NCBI GenBank assembly: GCA_001784175.1
Contig: MFPR01000028.1
Span: forward strand, 263,614-327,613
Source: Candidatus Lindowbacteria bacterium RIFCSPLOWO2_12_FULL_62_27
GTDB lineage: Bacteria; Lindowbacteria; 2-12-FULL-62-27
Reading direction: 5' to 3'
DNA: 64,000 nucleotides
Position numbers and translations under genes: made by a program. Of the stretch, positions 28,612 to 37,879 are shown one piece after another (position 1 is the first letter of the stretch; each line of letters begins with the position of its first letter). A model generated the notes under the pieces. It ran no database searches. It was not told the DNA's origin and saw nothing but the letters and a program-made list of their open reading frames with translations.

Positions 28612-29271
28612 CTATTCGATATAATTTTCAAGTTCACGGAGATTGCCGATGAGGACATCCGGCCCGGCGGCCTCGAGTTCCATGCGGTCGCCGATACCGC
28701 ACGTGACGCCGACCGTCATCATGCCCGCGTTCCGCCCGGCCACCACATCGGTCGAGCGGTCGCCGACCGCGCAGACGAGGTCCGGTGGAACGCCGAGGAA
28801 CCCGGCGGCTTTGACGAAACTTTCCGGATCGGGTTTCATCCGCCGGACCGATTCGGGCCCCCAGACGAGTTCAAACCGGCCGCTGACGCCCAAGCCCTCC
28901 AGAATTTTTCTCGTGAAGGCCCCCGGCTTGTTGGAGATCACGGCCAACTGCTTGGACGAAAACCGATCCAGCGTTTCGCGCACGCCGTCGTAGAGAACGG
29001 TCGAATCGAGGCAATGCGCGTCGTACCACGGATTGAAATCCTCCGCCGCCGCCCGGACCGCCTCCGCGTCGTCGGTCTTGAGGGCCCGGCCGAGAAGTTT
29101 GGCCAGTCCGTCGCCGACGAAGGTCCGAACAACTTCCTGGGCCACGCCCGGCCGGCCGCGTTTTTCCAGGACATGATTGACGGCGGCCGTCAGGTCAGAA
29201 ATGGAATTGACGAGGGTGCCGTCGAGGTCAAAGATAATCGCCTCAATCTGCCGCTTCGTTATTACGGACAT
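28612..29271 (-). CDS. HAD phosphatase (phosphoglycolate phosphatase-like)
   Basis: FDLDGTLVNS, SNKP, KPDP, VGDRSTD. Confidence 0.85.
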   Translation of the reverse strand: MSVITKRQIEAIIFDLDGTLVNSISDLTAAVNHVLEKRGRPGVAQEVVRTFVGDGLAKLLGRALKTDDAEAVRAAAEDFNPWYDAHCLDSTVLYDGVRETLDRFSSKQLAVISNKPGAFTRKILEGLGVSGRFELVWGPESVRRMKPDPESFVKAAGFLGVPPDLVCAVGDRSTDVVAGRNAGMMTVGVTCGIGDRMELEAAGPDVLIGNLRELENYIE

Positions 29272-29272
29272 C

Positions 29273-29998
29273 TCAAGCGTGCCGGAACCGGACGTCGAAG
29301 AAGAGCCGGGCGACGGTGCGGATCATGTCCGCCGTGTTTTTGATCGTGAAGGCCTTGGACCTTCCGTGGGGCCGCCGGTGCTGGCGCGCGGATATTTCGA
29401 GGGAGGAGCATCCGGCCGACGCGAGGCGGATCAGCAATTCGGCCAGAAAGGCCGTGCCGCCGCCGCGGAACGTGTGCGACGCAAGGACCGCCCGCACGGC
29501 CTTCGTCCGGTAGACCGCCGGGCCGTTGTAATATTTGAAGTTCAGCCCGAAGAGAAGGTTCAGCATTTTCGTGTAGAGGTCCGAGACGAAGCGCCGTGAG
29601 ATCGTCCGATACCCGGGATTGGCGATGTAGGAAAGAATCACGTCGGCCTCGCCCATGCGTTCGAGCATCGGCTGGAGCGACCGTTCGTCCGGGCCGTTGT
29701 TTCCGGGATACCAGAGGAGGAACTCGTGCAACGCCAGGCCGAATCCTTCCCGGAGGCTGAACCCGAGACCCATGCTCGCCGGATGATGGATGACGCGGAT
29801 CCGCCGATCGCCGGCCGCCATCCGGTCCGCGAGGGCGCCGGTCGAGTCGCGGCTGCCGTCGTCGATGATGAAGAGTTCCACGGCTTGCGCGAAGGATCCG
29901 GCGGCGTCCAGAGCGGCGCGGACGGCCAATTCGAGATTGCCGGCCTCGTCCCGGGCCGGAACGACGATCGATACGGTTCGTTTCTGATCCGACGGCAT
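29273..29998 (-). CDS. GT2 glycosyltransferase (DPM synthase-like)
   Basis: SIVVPARDE, IIDDGSRDST. Confidence 0.85.
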   Translation of the reverse strand: MPSDQKRTVSIVVPARDEAGNLELAVRAALDAAGSFAQAVELFIIDDGSRDSTGALADRMAAGDRRIRVIHHPASMGLGFSLREGFGLALHEFLLWYPGNNGPDERSLQPMLERMGEADVILSYIANPGYRTISRRFVSDLYTKMLNLLFGLNFKYYNGPAVYRTKAVRAVLASHTFRGGGTAFLAELLIRLASAGCSSLEISARQHRRPHGRSKAFTIKNTADMIRTVARLFFDVRFRHA

Positions 29999-30046
29999 GC
30001 GAATGGCTTATAGCATCGCGTATGGGATTGTGCTACTGTTTGCGCC

Positions 30047-30778
30047 ATGACCACCCAGCGGGAAGATCGGATCGGGGGTGCTGAGGGAAAACTTCATGAG
30101 TTTCCCGATGAATGGAAGGAAGGTGTCTATCGCGCCATCTATGCCCGGCGGGACATCCGTTCGCAGTTCAAGCCGGACCCGATCGCCGAAGACGTATTGG
30201 CGCGGATTCTACGTGCCGCCCACCATGCGCCGTCGGTCGGGTTCATGCAGCCGTGGGACTTCATTCTCATCCGCGACGTTGCCATCAAACAAAAGATCCG
30301 CGAGGATTTCGAGCGCGCCACCGAGGAGGCGGCGGTGAAGTTCGCTCCGGAAAAGGAGGCGGTGTACCGCAAGCTGAAGCTGGAGGGCATCCGTGAGGCG
30401 CCGATCAACATCTGCGTGACCTGCGACCGGCGCCGGTTCGGGCCGGTCGTCATCGGCCGGACCTCCCAGCCGGTCATGGATCTGTTCAGCTCGGTCTGCG
30501 CCGTCCAGAACCTGTGGCTGGCGGCCCGGGCCGAGGGCCTGGGCGTCGGCTGGGTCAGCATTCTTCATCCGCGGGAACTCAGGCGAATTCTGGCGCTTCC
30601 GGCCGAGGTCGAGCCTATCGCATACCTATGCGTCGGCCACGTCACAGAATTTCCCGACCGGCCGGAGCTGGAGAGCGCCGGGTGGCTGCCGCGGATGCCG
30701 CTCGGGGACGTGATCCGGCTCGACGGCTGGGACACCCCGATTCAAAACAAATGGGAGGAACTGGAAGCTGAGCTGTGA
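30047..30778 (+). CDS. bluB: 5,6-dimethylbenzimidazole synthase (nitroreductase family)
   Basis: RRDIR, AAHHAPSVGFMQPW, LKLEGI, QNLWLAARAEGLGVGWVS. Confidence 0.85.
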   Translation: MTTQREDRIGGAEGKLHEFPDEWKEGVYRAIYARRDIRSQFKPDPIAEDVLARILRAAHHAPSVGFMQPWDFILIRDVAIKQKIREDFERATEEAAVKFAPEKEAVYRKLKLEGIREAPINICVTCDRRRFGPVVIGRTSQPVMDLFSSVCAVQNLWLAARAEGLGVGWVSILHPRELRRILALPAEVEPIAYLCVGHVTEFPDRPELESAGWLPRMPLGDVIRLDGWDTPIQNKWEELEAEL

Positions 30779-30833
30779 GCGGCTGATCCGGGCCTGCGCG
30801 CCGGCCGCGCCCGTCGCGGTCGCGGTCACACTG

Positions 30834-32582
30834 TTGATCTTCGGCGGTCCCGCAGAAGGAACCTCCGACACGGTCCCGCCGGCCTTGCAGTCTCTCTATG
30901 TTGAAGCCGATCGGGGCGATCCCGCGTCGCAGGCGAAACTGGCCGGGGCGTTCCGGCGCGGCGAGCACGTGAGGCGCGACTATCGCCGCGCGCTGGAGTT
31001 GGCGACCCGCGCGGCGGAGAGGAAACATCCGTACGGCTGGTTTGAACTTGCCGTGATGTATCGAGACGGCTTGGGTGTGGAGAAAAATTCCGAAAAGTCG
31101 ATGGAGCTTTTCAAACTTTGTGCCGGCGGAATCAAAAAAATGGCGGAAAAGGGCGACCCCTACGCCCAGGCGAACCTTGGCTGGATGCACGACCGGGGCG
31201 TTGCGGTGCGGCAGGATGGCAAGGAGGCCGCGAAGTGGGCGCGCCGCGCGGCAGACCAGGGATATGCGCGGGGGCAATTCAACCTCGGCGTGATGTACAG
31301 CCAGGGCAAGGGCGTGCCGTTGGACGATGCGGAAGCCGTGAGATGGTATCGCAAGTCGGCGGACCAGGGATTTACCCACGCGCAGCTCAATTTGGGATTC
31401 ATGTTCCAGAAAGGCCGCGGGACCCATCAGGACGACACCGAGGCGGTGTCGTGGTATCGGCGCGCGGCGGAACAGGGCATGGCGGGAGCGCAGTTCAACA
31501 TGGGAGTTCTTTGCATGAGCGGCTTGGGCGTTGCGGGAAATGACACGGAGGCGGCCGGATGGTTTCGTTTGGCCGCGGACCAGGATGAAGTGCAGGCGAT
31601 GACCGCGCTGGGTGAAATGTACGCCGCCGGCCGCGGTGTGGCCCGGAACGATACGGAATCGGCGGTCTGGTACAGGCGTGCGGCTGAAAAATATCATGTT
31701 CTTGCGCAGGCTCGGATGGGAGTGCTGTACGAACGCGGCCAAGGCGTGCCGCGGGATGACACGGAGGCCGCCCGGTGGTACCGGAGGGCGGCGGTCCAGG
31801 GCGACACGGTGGCGCGCTACAATCTGGGAGTTCTACAGGATCTCGGCCGGGGCGTTGCGCGGGACACGGCGCAGTCGGTGAAATGGTATCGGTCCGCCGC
31901 CGAGCAGGGGTATCCGCCGGCGCAGTTTCAACTTGGCGTCAAGTATCTCAAGGGCGAAGGCGTGGCTCGCGATCCGACGGAATCCGGCCGCTGGTTCCGA
32001 AAGGCGACCGCGTCGGGCGACGCGACGATCCGGTACCGGCTGGGCCTCATGTACGCGACCGGCGACGGCGTCCAGAAGGACGACGCGCAGGCGATCCGGT
32101 GGTTGTTGGATGCGGCGCAACTCGGGCATGCGGCGGCGCAATTTTCCGTGGGAAACCTCTACGCCCGTGGCATTGGCCTGCGCAAAGATCCAAACGAGGC
32201 GGTCAAATGGTATCAGCTCGCGGCCGATCAGGGATACGAGGAGGCGGCCAAGTCCCTCCGTGAGATGAGCCGGCCGGCGGACGTAGATCCGAAAAAACTC
32301 GAGGCCGAACTTGTCAAGGCGTCGAAGGCGTATCTGGCGGCGAGATCGAAGTACGAGCGGCGCGCCGGGGATCTCAAGGCCGTCCGGACCGGCGACACCG
32401 AATCGCAGTACGTGGAGCTGATGCGCTTCGCGGCCGACGAAGTTCTTCCGGCGACGACGCGATTCGGCCGTCTGATGGCCGCGTACCAGAAACAGTTCGG
32501 CCGGCCGAAGCTGGTGGATCTCGCCGCGCGGCACGGCTTCCGGGACCTCCTGGGCACGGCGGAGGGCCGGGCGGCGTTCTGA
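30834..32582 (+). CDS. Sel1-repeat protein (start uncertain, possibly CTG 30768)
   Basis: Repeated AQFNLG.MY..G.GV..D..EA..WYR.AA.QG. Confidence 0.9.
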   Translation: MIFGGPAEGTSDTVPPALQSLYVEADRGDPASQAKLAGAFRRGEHVRRDYRRALELATRAAERKHPYGWFELAVMYRDGLGVEKNSEKSMELFKLCAGGIKKMAEKGDPYAQANLGWMHDRGVAVRQDGKEAAKWARRAADQGYARGQFNLGVMYSQGKGVPLDDAEAVRWYRKSADQGFTHAQLNLGFMFQKGRGTHQDDTEAVSWYRRAAEQGMAGAQFNMGVLCMSGLGVAGNDTEAAGWFRLAADQDEVQAMTALGEMYAAGRGVARNDTESAVWYRRAAEKYHVLAQARMGVLYERGQGVPRDDTEAARWYRRAAVQGDTVARYNLGVLQDLGRGVARDTAQSVKWYRSAAEQGYPPAQFQLGVKYLKGEGVARDPTESGRWFRKATASGDATIRYRLGLMYATGDGVQKDDAQAIRWLLDAAQLGHAAAQFSVGNLYARGIGLRKDPNEAVKWYQLAADQGYEEAAKSLREMSRPADVDPKKLEAELVKASKAYLAARSKYERRAGDLKAVRTGDTESQYVELMRFAADEVLPATTRFGRLMAAYQKQFGRPKLVDLAARHGFRDLLGTAEGRAAF

Positions 32583-32583
32583 C

Positions 32584-34287
32584 ATGCAGAATCTCGTTTC
32601 CTTCTGCGGCATGTTCGTTCTGATCTTTCTGGCCTGGCTCATTTCGGATAACCGGCGGGCGTTTCCGTGGCGCGTGGTGGTGTGGGGGATCGCGCTGCAG
32701 ATGGCGTTCGGGTTTCTGGTGCTGTGGTGGGAGCCGGGGTCCCGGTTTTTTCTCAAGCTCAACGACGTCTTTAACGCGCTCTTGGGGTTCAGCAAGGAGG
32801 GCGCCGTCTTTGTGTTCAACTCGGTTGGGTTGGCTGACCAGACCGGTGGAATCCCGCCGTCGCTCAAGGATTATCTGACGCGGCTCGGCGCCGAGTCGAA
32901 GGATCCCGTGGTGCAGCTTGCGATCCGGACCGGCACCGTGCCCGGATTTTTCTTTGCGTTCCAGGTGTTGACGACGATCATCTTTTTCAGCGCGCTGATC
33001 TCGGTGCTCTATTACCTGGGCGTCATGCAAAAAATCGTCCTCCTCTTCGCAAAGATCATGGCGCGCACGATGCGGGTGTCCGGGGCCGAGTCGCTGTCGA
33101 ACTCGGCGAACATCTTCGTCGGCCAGACCGAGGCGCCGCTCGTGGTTCGGCCGTACATCGAAAAAATGACGAAATCGGAAATCATGGCCATCATGGTCGG
33201 CGGGTTCGCCAACACCGCCGGCGGCGTGCTCGGCGCCTACGTCATGATGCTGTCCGGGTATTTTCCCAACGTCGCGGCGCACCTGATCTCGGCGTCGCTC
33301 CTGTCCGCGCCGGCCGCGTTCATCTTCGCCAAGGTCATGGTGCCGGAACGCGAGGATCCCCTGACGATGGGCGAGGTGCGGATGGATGTGCCGATCGAGG
33401 ACGCGAACCTGATCGACGCCGCCGCCAACGGCACGACGGTCGGCTGGCAACTGGCCATCAACGTTGCGGCGATGCTGATCTCCTTCGTCGCGCTGATCGC
33501 AATGGCCAACCTCGGCGTGACGTGGGTGGGCGGATTCTTCCACGATCCGGCCGGGTTCGTACACTTCAACCTGATGGCGGCCGCGGCGATCGCGGCGCTC
33601 CTGGCCGTCGAGCGCTACGGCCCGCAACGTGACCTGCACGTGTGGGTCCTCTTTGTCGCCCTCGTTCTCGCCTTCTTTTTCGGCAAGGCGCTCCTGCCGG
33701 GCGATACGGCGCGCAAGCTGGCGCTGATCGGTCTTGCTGCGTGGCTGCCGCTGTTTCTGCAGATGTACCGGAAACGGCCGTACGGCGCGTGGGGCTGGGG
33801 CAGCCTTCTGGCGATCGCCGTCGCGGCGGACCTCGTCTATTTTCTGAAAGGCCCGCTGGGGCCGGACACGAAACTTTCCCTGCAGCTCATTCTGGGATGG
33901 ATGCACTGGCCGATCGCCTTCTGCATGGGCGTGCCGGCCCAGGACTGCCTCGCGGCCGGAAAACTGCTGGGCGAGAAATTGATCCTGACCGAATTCATCG
34001 CGTATCTCGACTTGTCGAGCATGTTGGGCGCCGCGGGCCGCGGGGAGATTCCGGCGATGGACCCGAGGTCGATCGTGATCGTCTCCTACGCGCTCTGCGG
34101 GTTTTCGAATTTCGCCTCGATCGCGATCCAGATCGGCGGCATTTCGCCGCTCGCGCCCTCCCGGCGCCACGACATCGCGCGGCTGGGATTCAAGGCGATG
34201 GTGGGGGGCGCCCTCGCCACTTTCATGATCGCCTGCGTGGCCGGCACGTTCTACACGGGCCGGTCGATGCTCGGGATCATTGAATGA
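32584..34287 (+). CDS. Concentrative nucleoside transporter (NupC/CNT) with hydrophobic insertion
   Basis: ANIFVGQTEAP, KLILTEFIAY, SYALCGFSNFASIAIQIGG. Confidence 0.9.
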   Translation: MQNLVSFCGMFVLIFLAWLISDNRRAFPWRVVVWGIALQMAFGFLVLWWEPGSRFFLKLNDVFNALLGFSKEGAVFVFNSVGLADQTGGIPPSLKDYLTRLGAESKDPVVQLAIRTGTVPGFFFAFQVLTTIIFFSALISVLYYLGVMQKIVLLFAKIMARTMRVSGAESLSNSANIFVGQTEAPLVVRPYIEKMTKSEIMAIMVGGFANTAGGVLGAYVMMLSGYFPNVAAHLISASLLSAPAAFIFAKVMVPEREDPLTMGEVRMDVPIEDANLIDAAANGTTVGWQLAINVAAMLISFVALIAMANLGVTWVGGFFHDPAGFVHFNLMAAAAIAALLAVERYGPQRDLHVWVLFVALVLAFFFGKALLPGDTARKLALIGLAAWLPLFLQMYRKRPYGAWGWGSLLAIAVAADLVYFLKGPLGPDTKLSLQLILGWMHWPIAFCMGVPAQDCLAAGKLLGEKLILTEFIAYLDLSSMLGAAGRGEIPAMDPRSIVIVSYALCGFSNFASIAIQIGGISPLAPSRRHDIARLGFKAMVGGALATFMIACVAGTFYTGRSMLGIIE

Positions 34288-35930
34288 GCCTCATCGCCAT
34301 CGGCCTGACCGGCGTCGGGCTTCTCCTGGCCGGATACTGGATTTACGGCCGGTTCATCGCCGGCGTGTTCGGCCTCGATCCGGCGCGCCGGACGCCCGCG
34401 CGGGAGATGAACGATGGCGTGGATTTCATCCCGACGCGGCCCGTGGTTCTCTTGGGCCAGCATTTCGCCGCGATCGCGGCCGTGGGGCCGATCGCCGGGC
34501 CGATTCTGGCCGGGACGAAATACGGGTGGCTGGTCAGTTTCGTGTGGATCATCTTCGGCGCGATTCTGATCGGCGCCGTCCACGATTTTTCCGCGCTCGT
34601 CGCGAGCGTCCGCCACAAGGCGCGGTCGATCGCGGAGATCGTGGGCGCCTACATGAATCCGTGGGCGCAGAAATTGTTTCAGGTCTACATCTGGCTGTCG
34701 CTCGTGTACGTGATCGTCGTTTTCACGGACCTGACGGCCGCCGCCTTTGCGACGCGGCCGGAGCAGGGCGCGGAGAATTTCGGTCCGGGCGTGGCGTCAA
34801 GCTCCTTTCTGTATTTGATTCTCGCCGTCGTCATGGGCTTTTTGATGTACCGCCGGCACGCGCCGCTGTGGGCGGTGACGGCCGGCGGCGTGCTGTTGCT
34901 CCTGGTGTTCATTCAGCTCGGCCAGTCGATTCCGGTTCATCTGAGCCGGGAATCCTGGCACATGGTGATTCTGGGGTACTGCTTCATCGCCAGCGTCATT
35001 CCGATGTGGATCCTGCTTCAGCCGCGCGGGTATCTGGGCGGATTCATTCTGTACGCGAGTCTCTTGGCGGGCCTGCTGGGTTTTATTTTTTATTCGGAGC
35101 CAGTGACGGCGCCGACGGTGTCGCCCGACACCCACTGGGAGATTTTCCCGCTCGGCGCCGGGCTCTTTCCGCTCCTCTTTACGACGATCGCCTGCGGCGC
35201 CTGTTCCGGATTTCACGGCCTCGTGTCCGCCGGCACGACCGCCCGCCAGCTCGCGGACGAACCGGACGCGCGGCTGGTCGGGTACGGCGGGATGCTCCTC
35301 GAGGGATTCGTCGCACTGGTGGCATTGTCGACCGTGATTCTCTTCGTCTCCAAGGGCTCGACCGGGCCGTCGACGCCCGACGAAATTTACGCGCGCGGAC
35401 TGGCGACCTTCCTGCAACTGGTCGGGATCCCGTTCGCGCTTGGCGTGGCGTTCGCGAAACTTGCGTTCGCGACGTTCATCTACGACACGCTCGATGTCGC
35501 CACGCGGCTGGGCCGGTACATTTTTCAGGAGCTGACCGGCTGGTCCGGCCGCGCCGGAAAATACATCGGGACGTTTCTGACCGTCGCCGTCCCCGGGTAC
35601 GTGCTTCTGACCGCACCGGCCGGCGGCGCGCCGCCGTGGAAAACATACTGGCCGCTCTTCGGCACGTCGAACCAGCTTCTCGCGTGTCTCACGCTTGCGG
35701 CGGTCACGGTGTGGCTCAAGCGCGAGGGCCGGAAGTGGTGGGTGACCGGCGTGCCGTGCGTGTTCATGGCGCTGGTGACATTGACGAGCCTCGTGGCGAT
35801 CAATCTGAAATGGATCCGGGCCGGCGAATCGGTCAGCGCCGTGAGCGTCGCCAGTGCGGCGCTCTTTGCGCTTGCGGTGGCGCTGCTCGTGACGGCGCTC
35901 CATTATTTTCGAAAGCCCGTCGCCGCCTGA
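34284..35930 (+). CDS. cstA: Carbon starvation protein A family transporter
   Basis: TPA..NDGVDF, GQHFAAIA..GPI.GP, TIACGACSGFH, WPLFGTSNQLLA. Confidence 0.9.
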   Translation: MSLIAIGLTGVGLLLAGYWIYGRFIAGVFGLDPARRTPAREMNDGVDFIPTRPVVLLGQHFAAIAAVGPIAGPILAGTKYGWLVSFVWIIFGAILIGAVHDFSALVASVRHKARSIAEIVGAYMNPWAQKLFQVYIWLSLVYVIVVFTDLTAAAFATRPEQGAENFGPGVASSSFLYLILAVVMGFLMYRRHAPLWAVTAGGVLLLLVFIQLGQSIPVHLSRESWHMVILGYCFIASVIPMWILLQPRGYLGGFILYASLLAGLLGFIFYSEPVTAPTVSPDTHWEIFPLGAGLFPLLFTTIACGACSGFHGLVSAGTTARQLADEPDARLVGYGGMLLEGFVALVALSTVILFVSKGSTGPSTPDEIYARGLATFLQLVGIPFALGVAFAKLAFATFIYDTLDVATRLGRYIFQELTGWSGRAGKYIGTFLTVAVPGYVLLTAPAGGAPPWKTYWPLFGTSNQLLACLTLAAVTVWLKREGRKWWVTGVPCVFMALVTLTSLVAINLKWIRAGESVSAVSVASAALFALAVALLVTALHYFRKPVAA

Positions 35931-35931
35931 C

Positions 35932-36693
35932 ATGCTGGTCCCCGACTTGAAAGGCCAGGTCGCGCTCGTGACCGGCGGCAACCGCGGGATCGGCCGGAGC
36001 GTCGCGCTGGCGCTGGCGCGGCAGGGCGCGACGGTCTGCATCACGGGCCGGAACCGCGAGACGCTGGCCTCGACCGCCGAGGAGTTGCAGGCGGCCAGCC
36101 CGGACTCGTTCTGGATGGCGTGCGACGTGCGGGACGAGAAGCAGCAGCAGGCGGTGTTTCAGGAGATCCTGAAGCGGCACCTGCGGCTGGACATCTGCGT
36201 CGCGAACGCGGGCGAGGCGGCGCTGGCGACGGCGACACGGACGACGCTGGAGGACTGGCGTCGCGACATCGACACGAACCTCACGGGCCTCTTCATCACG
36301 ACGACCGAGAGCCTCCGGATCATGATGCGCCGGAAATCCGGATACATCATCGGCATTGTCTCCAAAGCCGGCACGACCGCCTTCGTCGCCCGCGCGTCCT
36401 ATTGCGCGTCGAAATGGGGCGCGCGCGGGTTTCTGAAATGCCTGGCGATGGAAGCCGAGAAATCGAACGTCAAGGTCACCGCGCTGTGCCCGGCGTCGGT
36501 CGCGACTGATTTTCAGAAAAACAATCCCAAGGGCACGGACTGGATGATGGCGTCGGAAACCGTCGCCGACGCGGTGCTGTACCTCTTGTCGCTCGAAAAA
36601 AACGCCTACATCGACGAGTGGCTCATCTCGGTCTGGATCAAACCCGAAAAGCCGAACCCCGACCAGCCTTCTCTGATTAAACCGCCCGGCTGA
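35932..36693 (+). CDS. Short-chain dehydrogenase/reductase
   Basis: TGGNRGIG, NAG, YCASK. Confidence 0.9.
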   Translation: MLVPDLKGQVALVTGGNRGIGRSVALALARQGATVCITGRNRETLASTAEELQAASPDSFWMACDVRDEKQQQAVFQEILKRHLRLDICVANAGEAALATATRTTLEDWRRDIDTNLTGLFITTTESLRIMMRRKSGYIIGIVSKAGTTAFVARASYCASKWGARGFLKCLAMEAEKSNVKVTALCPASVATDFQKNNPKGTDWMMASETVADAVLYLLSLEKNAYIDEWLISVWIKPEKPNPDQPSLIKPPG

Positions 36694-37879
36694 TTTCTTC
36701 GAGGACCGTTTTCATCCGGCGTCCGTATGTGTGCCGGGCGCGGATCATCTCCTGCATCCCGCGGATTCCTTCGGCGCGCCGCTCCGGTTGCCGGACCGCG
36801 TCGTGGATTCGCCGGACCAGTTCCTGCGCCGTGCCGTACTGCGGGACGCGCAGGCCGGGCAGGAGGTCCCGGATCGCGGGCCGGGCGTCGGTGATCAGGA
36901 ATCCGCCGCAAGCCGGCACGTCGAGCAGCCGCTGATTGCAGCCGCGGGACATTTGCGCGTGGGAAATATTCAGCGTGATGAGGGATCTCCGGTAGACCGT
37001 GCTCAGGCCCGCGTAGTACGGCACCGGGCCCTTATAGTGCGCCGTGCCGTCCAGCGCTTCCTTCCAATCCTCGAACCCGTACACGTTCACTCCGACGGTT
37101 TCGAGCGCGCGGACCAGATGCAGTTTGCACCGGATCGTCGCCAGCCGCAGGGCGGCGTGGCGCACGCGCCCGTCCGGATCGGCAATCTCGGCGCCGGCCT
37201 CGCGAAGGAAATCCTCCCACGCGAGGCAGCACCGCTCGCATCGCGCCTCCGCGTACTCGCGCGCCAGGCGGGCCGCGCCCGCGTCGAATTCAGAGAGCAT
37301 CCCATCGAAGATCGGGAGGCTTGCGAGATCGAGATTTCCGACGAACGTGACCGGCGCATCCGGCAGGTTTGGAACATCCGCGGCGCCTTCGGCCCACGCC
37401 GGGTTTACGGCGTGCGGCAGGTATACGGCGTTGCGATATCCGCGGGCTTTCAGGGACTCGACAAATGTCTCATCGACTGCAAAAAAAAAGAGCCGCTCGT
37501 AATCGCGCGCGGCTGGTCCCAGCCGCCGGTCCGCGTGCCAGGGCGCATAAGAGTTGAAGGGATCGTCGACGTACCAGAGGGCGATCGTCTTTTTCAACCG
37601 CATGAGGTCCGCCGCCATGATTCCACCGTCGTCGAGGCCGTCCCCGTTGATCGCGAAAAAAAAGTCGTACCGGCCTTCCCTCACGGCCTCCCGGAGCGCG
37701 GGTTCGGAAAAAAAAACTTGCGGATCGGCGGCGTTCCGGCGCACGGCCGGATAGCGCACGGCGCATCCGTTTTCCAGAAATCCTTCCACGCAATCGTCCA
37801 TGATCACGTAGTAGACGCCGGTCAGCGCCGTCATCGCGCGCCCGGCGCCGGCCGGATCCAAACGCCGGATCAGGTCCAA
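36677..37879 (-). CDS. CgeB/DUF3880-like glycosyltransferase
   Basis: WYVDDP, LNISHAQM..GCNQRLLDVPACGGFLITD, HTYGRR. Confidence 0.8.
   Translation of the reverse strand: MDLIRRLDPAGAGRAMTALTGVYYVIMDDCVEGFLENGCAVRYPAVRRNAADPQVFFSEPALREAVREGRYDFFFAINGDGLDDGGIMAADLMRLKKTIALWYVDDPFNSYAPWHADRRLGPAARDYERLFFFAVDETFVESLKARGYRNAVYLPHAVNPAWAEGAADVPNLPDAPVTFVGNLDLASLPIFDGMLSEFDAGAARLAREYAEARCERCCLAWEDFLREAGAEIADPDGRVRHAALRLATIRCKLHLVRALETVGVNVYGFEDWKEALDGTAHYKGPVPYYAGLSTVYRRSLITLNISHAQMSRGCNQRLLDVPACGGFLITDARPAIRDLLPGLRVPQYGTAQELVRRIHDAVRQPERRAEGIRGMQEMIRARHTYGRRMKTVLEEISRAV

Noticed and set aside
29999..30046. Cobalamin riboswitch before bluB
   Set aside because: The intergenic region is only 48 bp and lacks the motifs.
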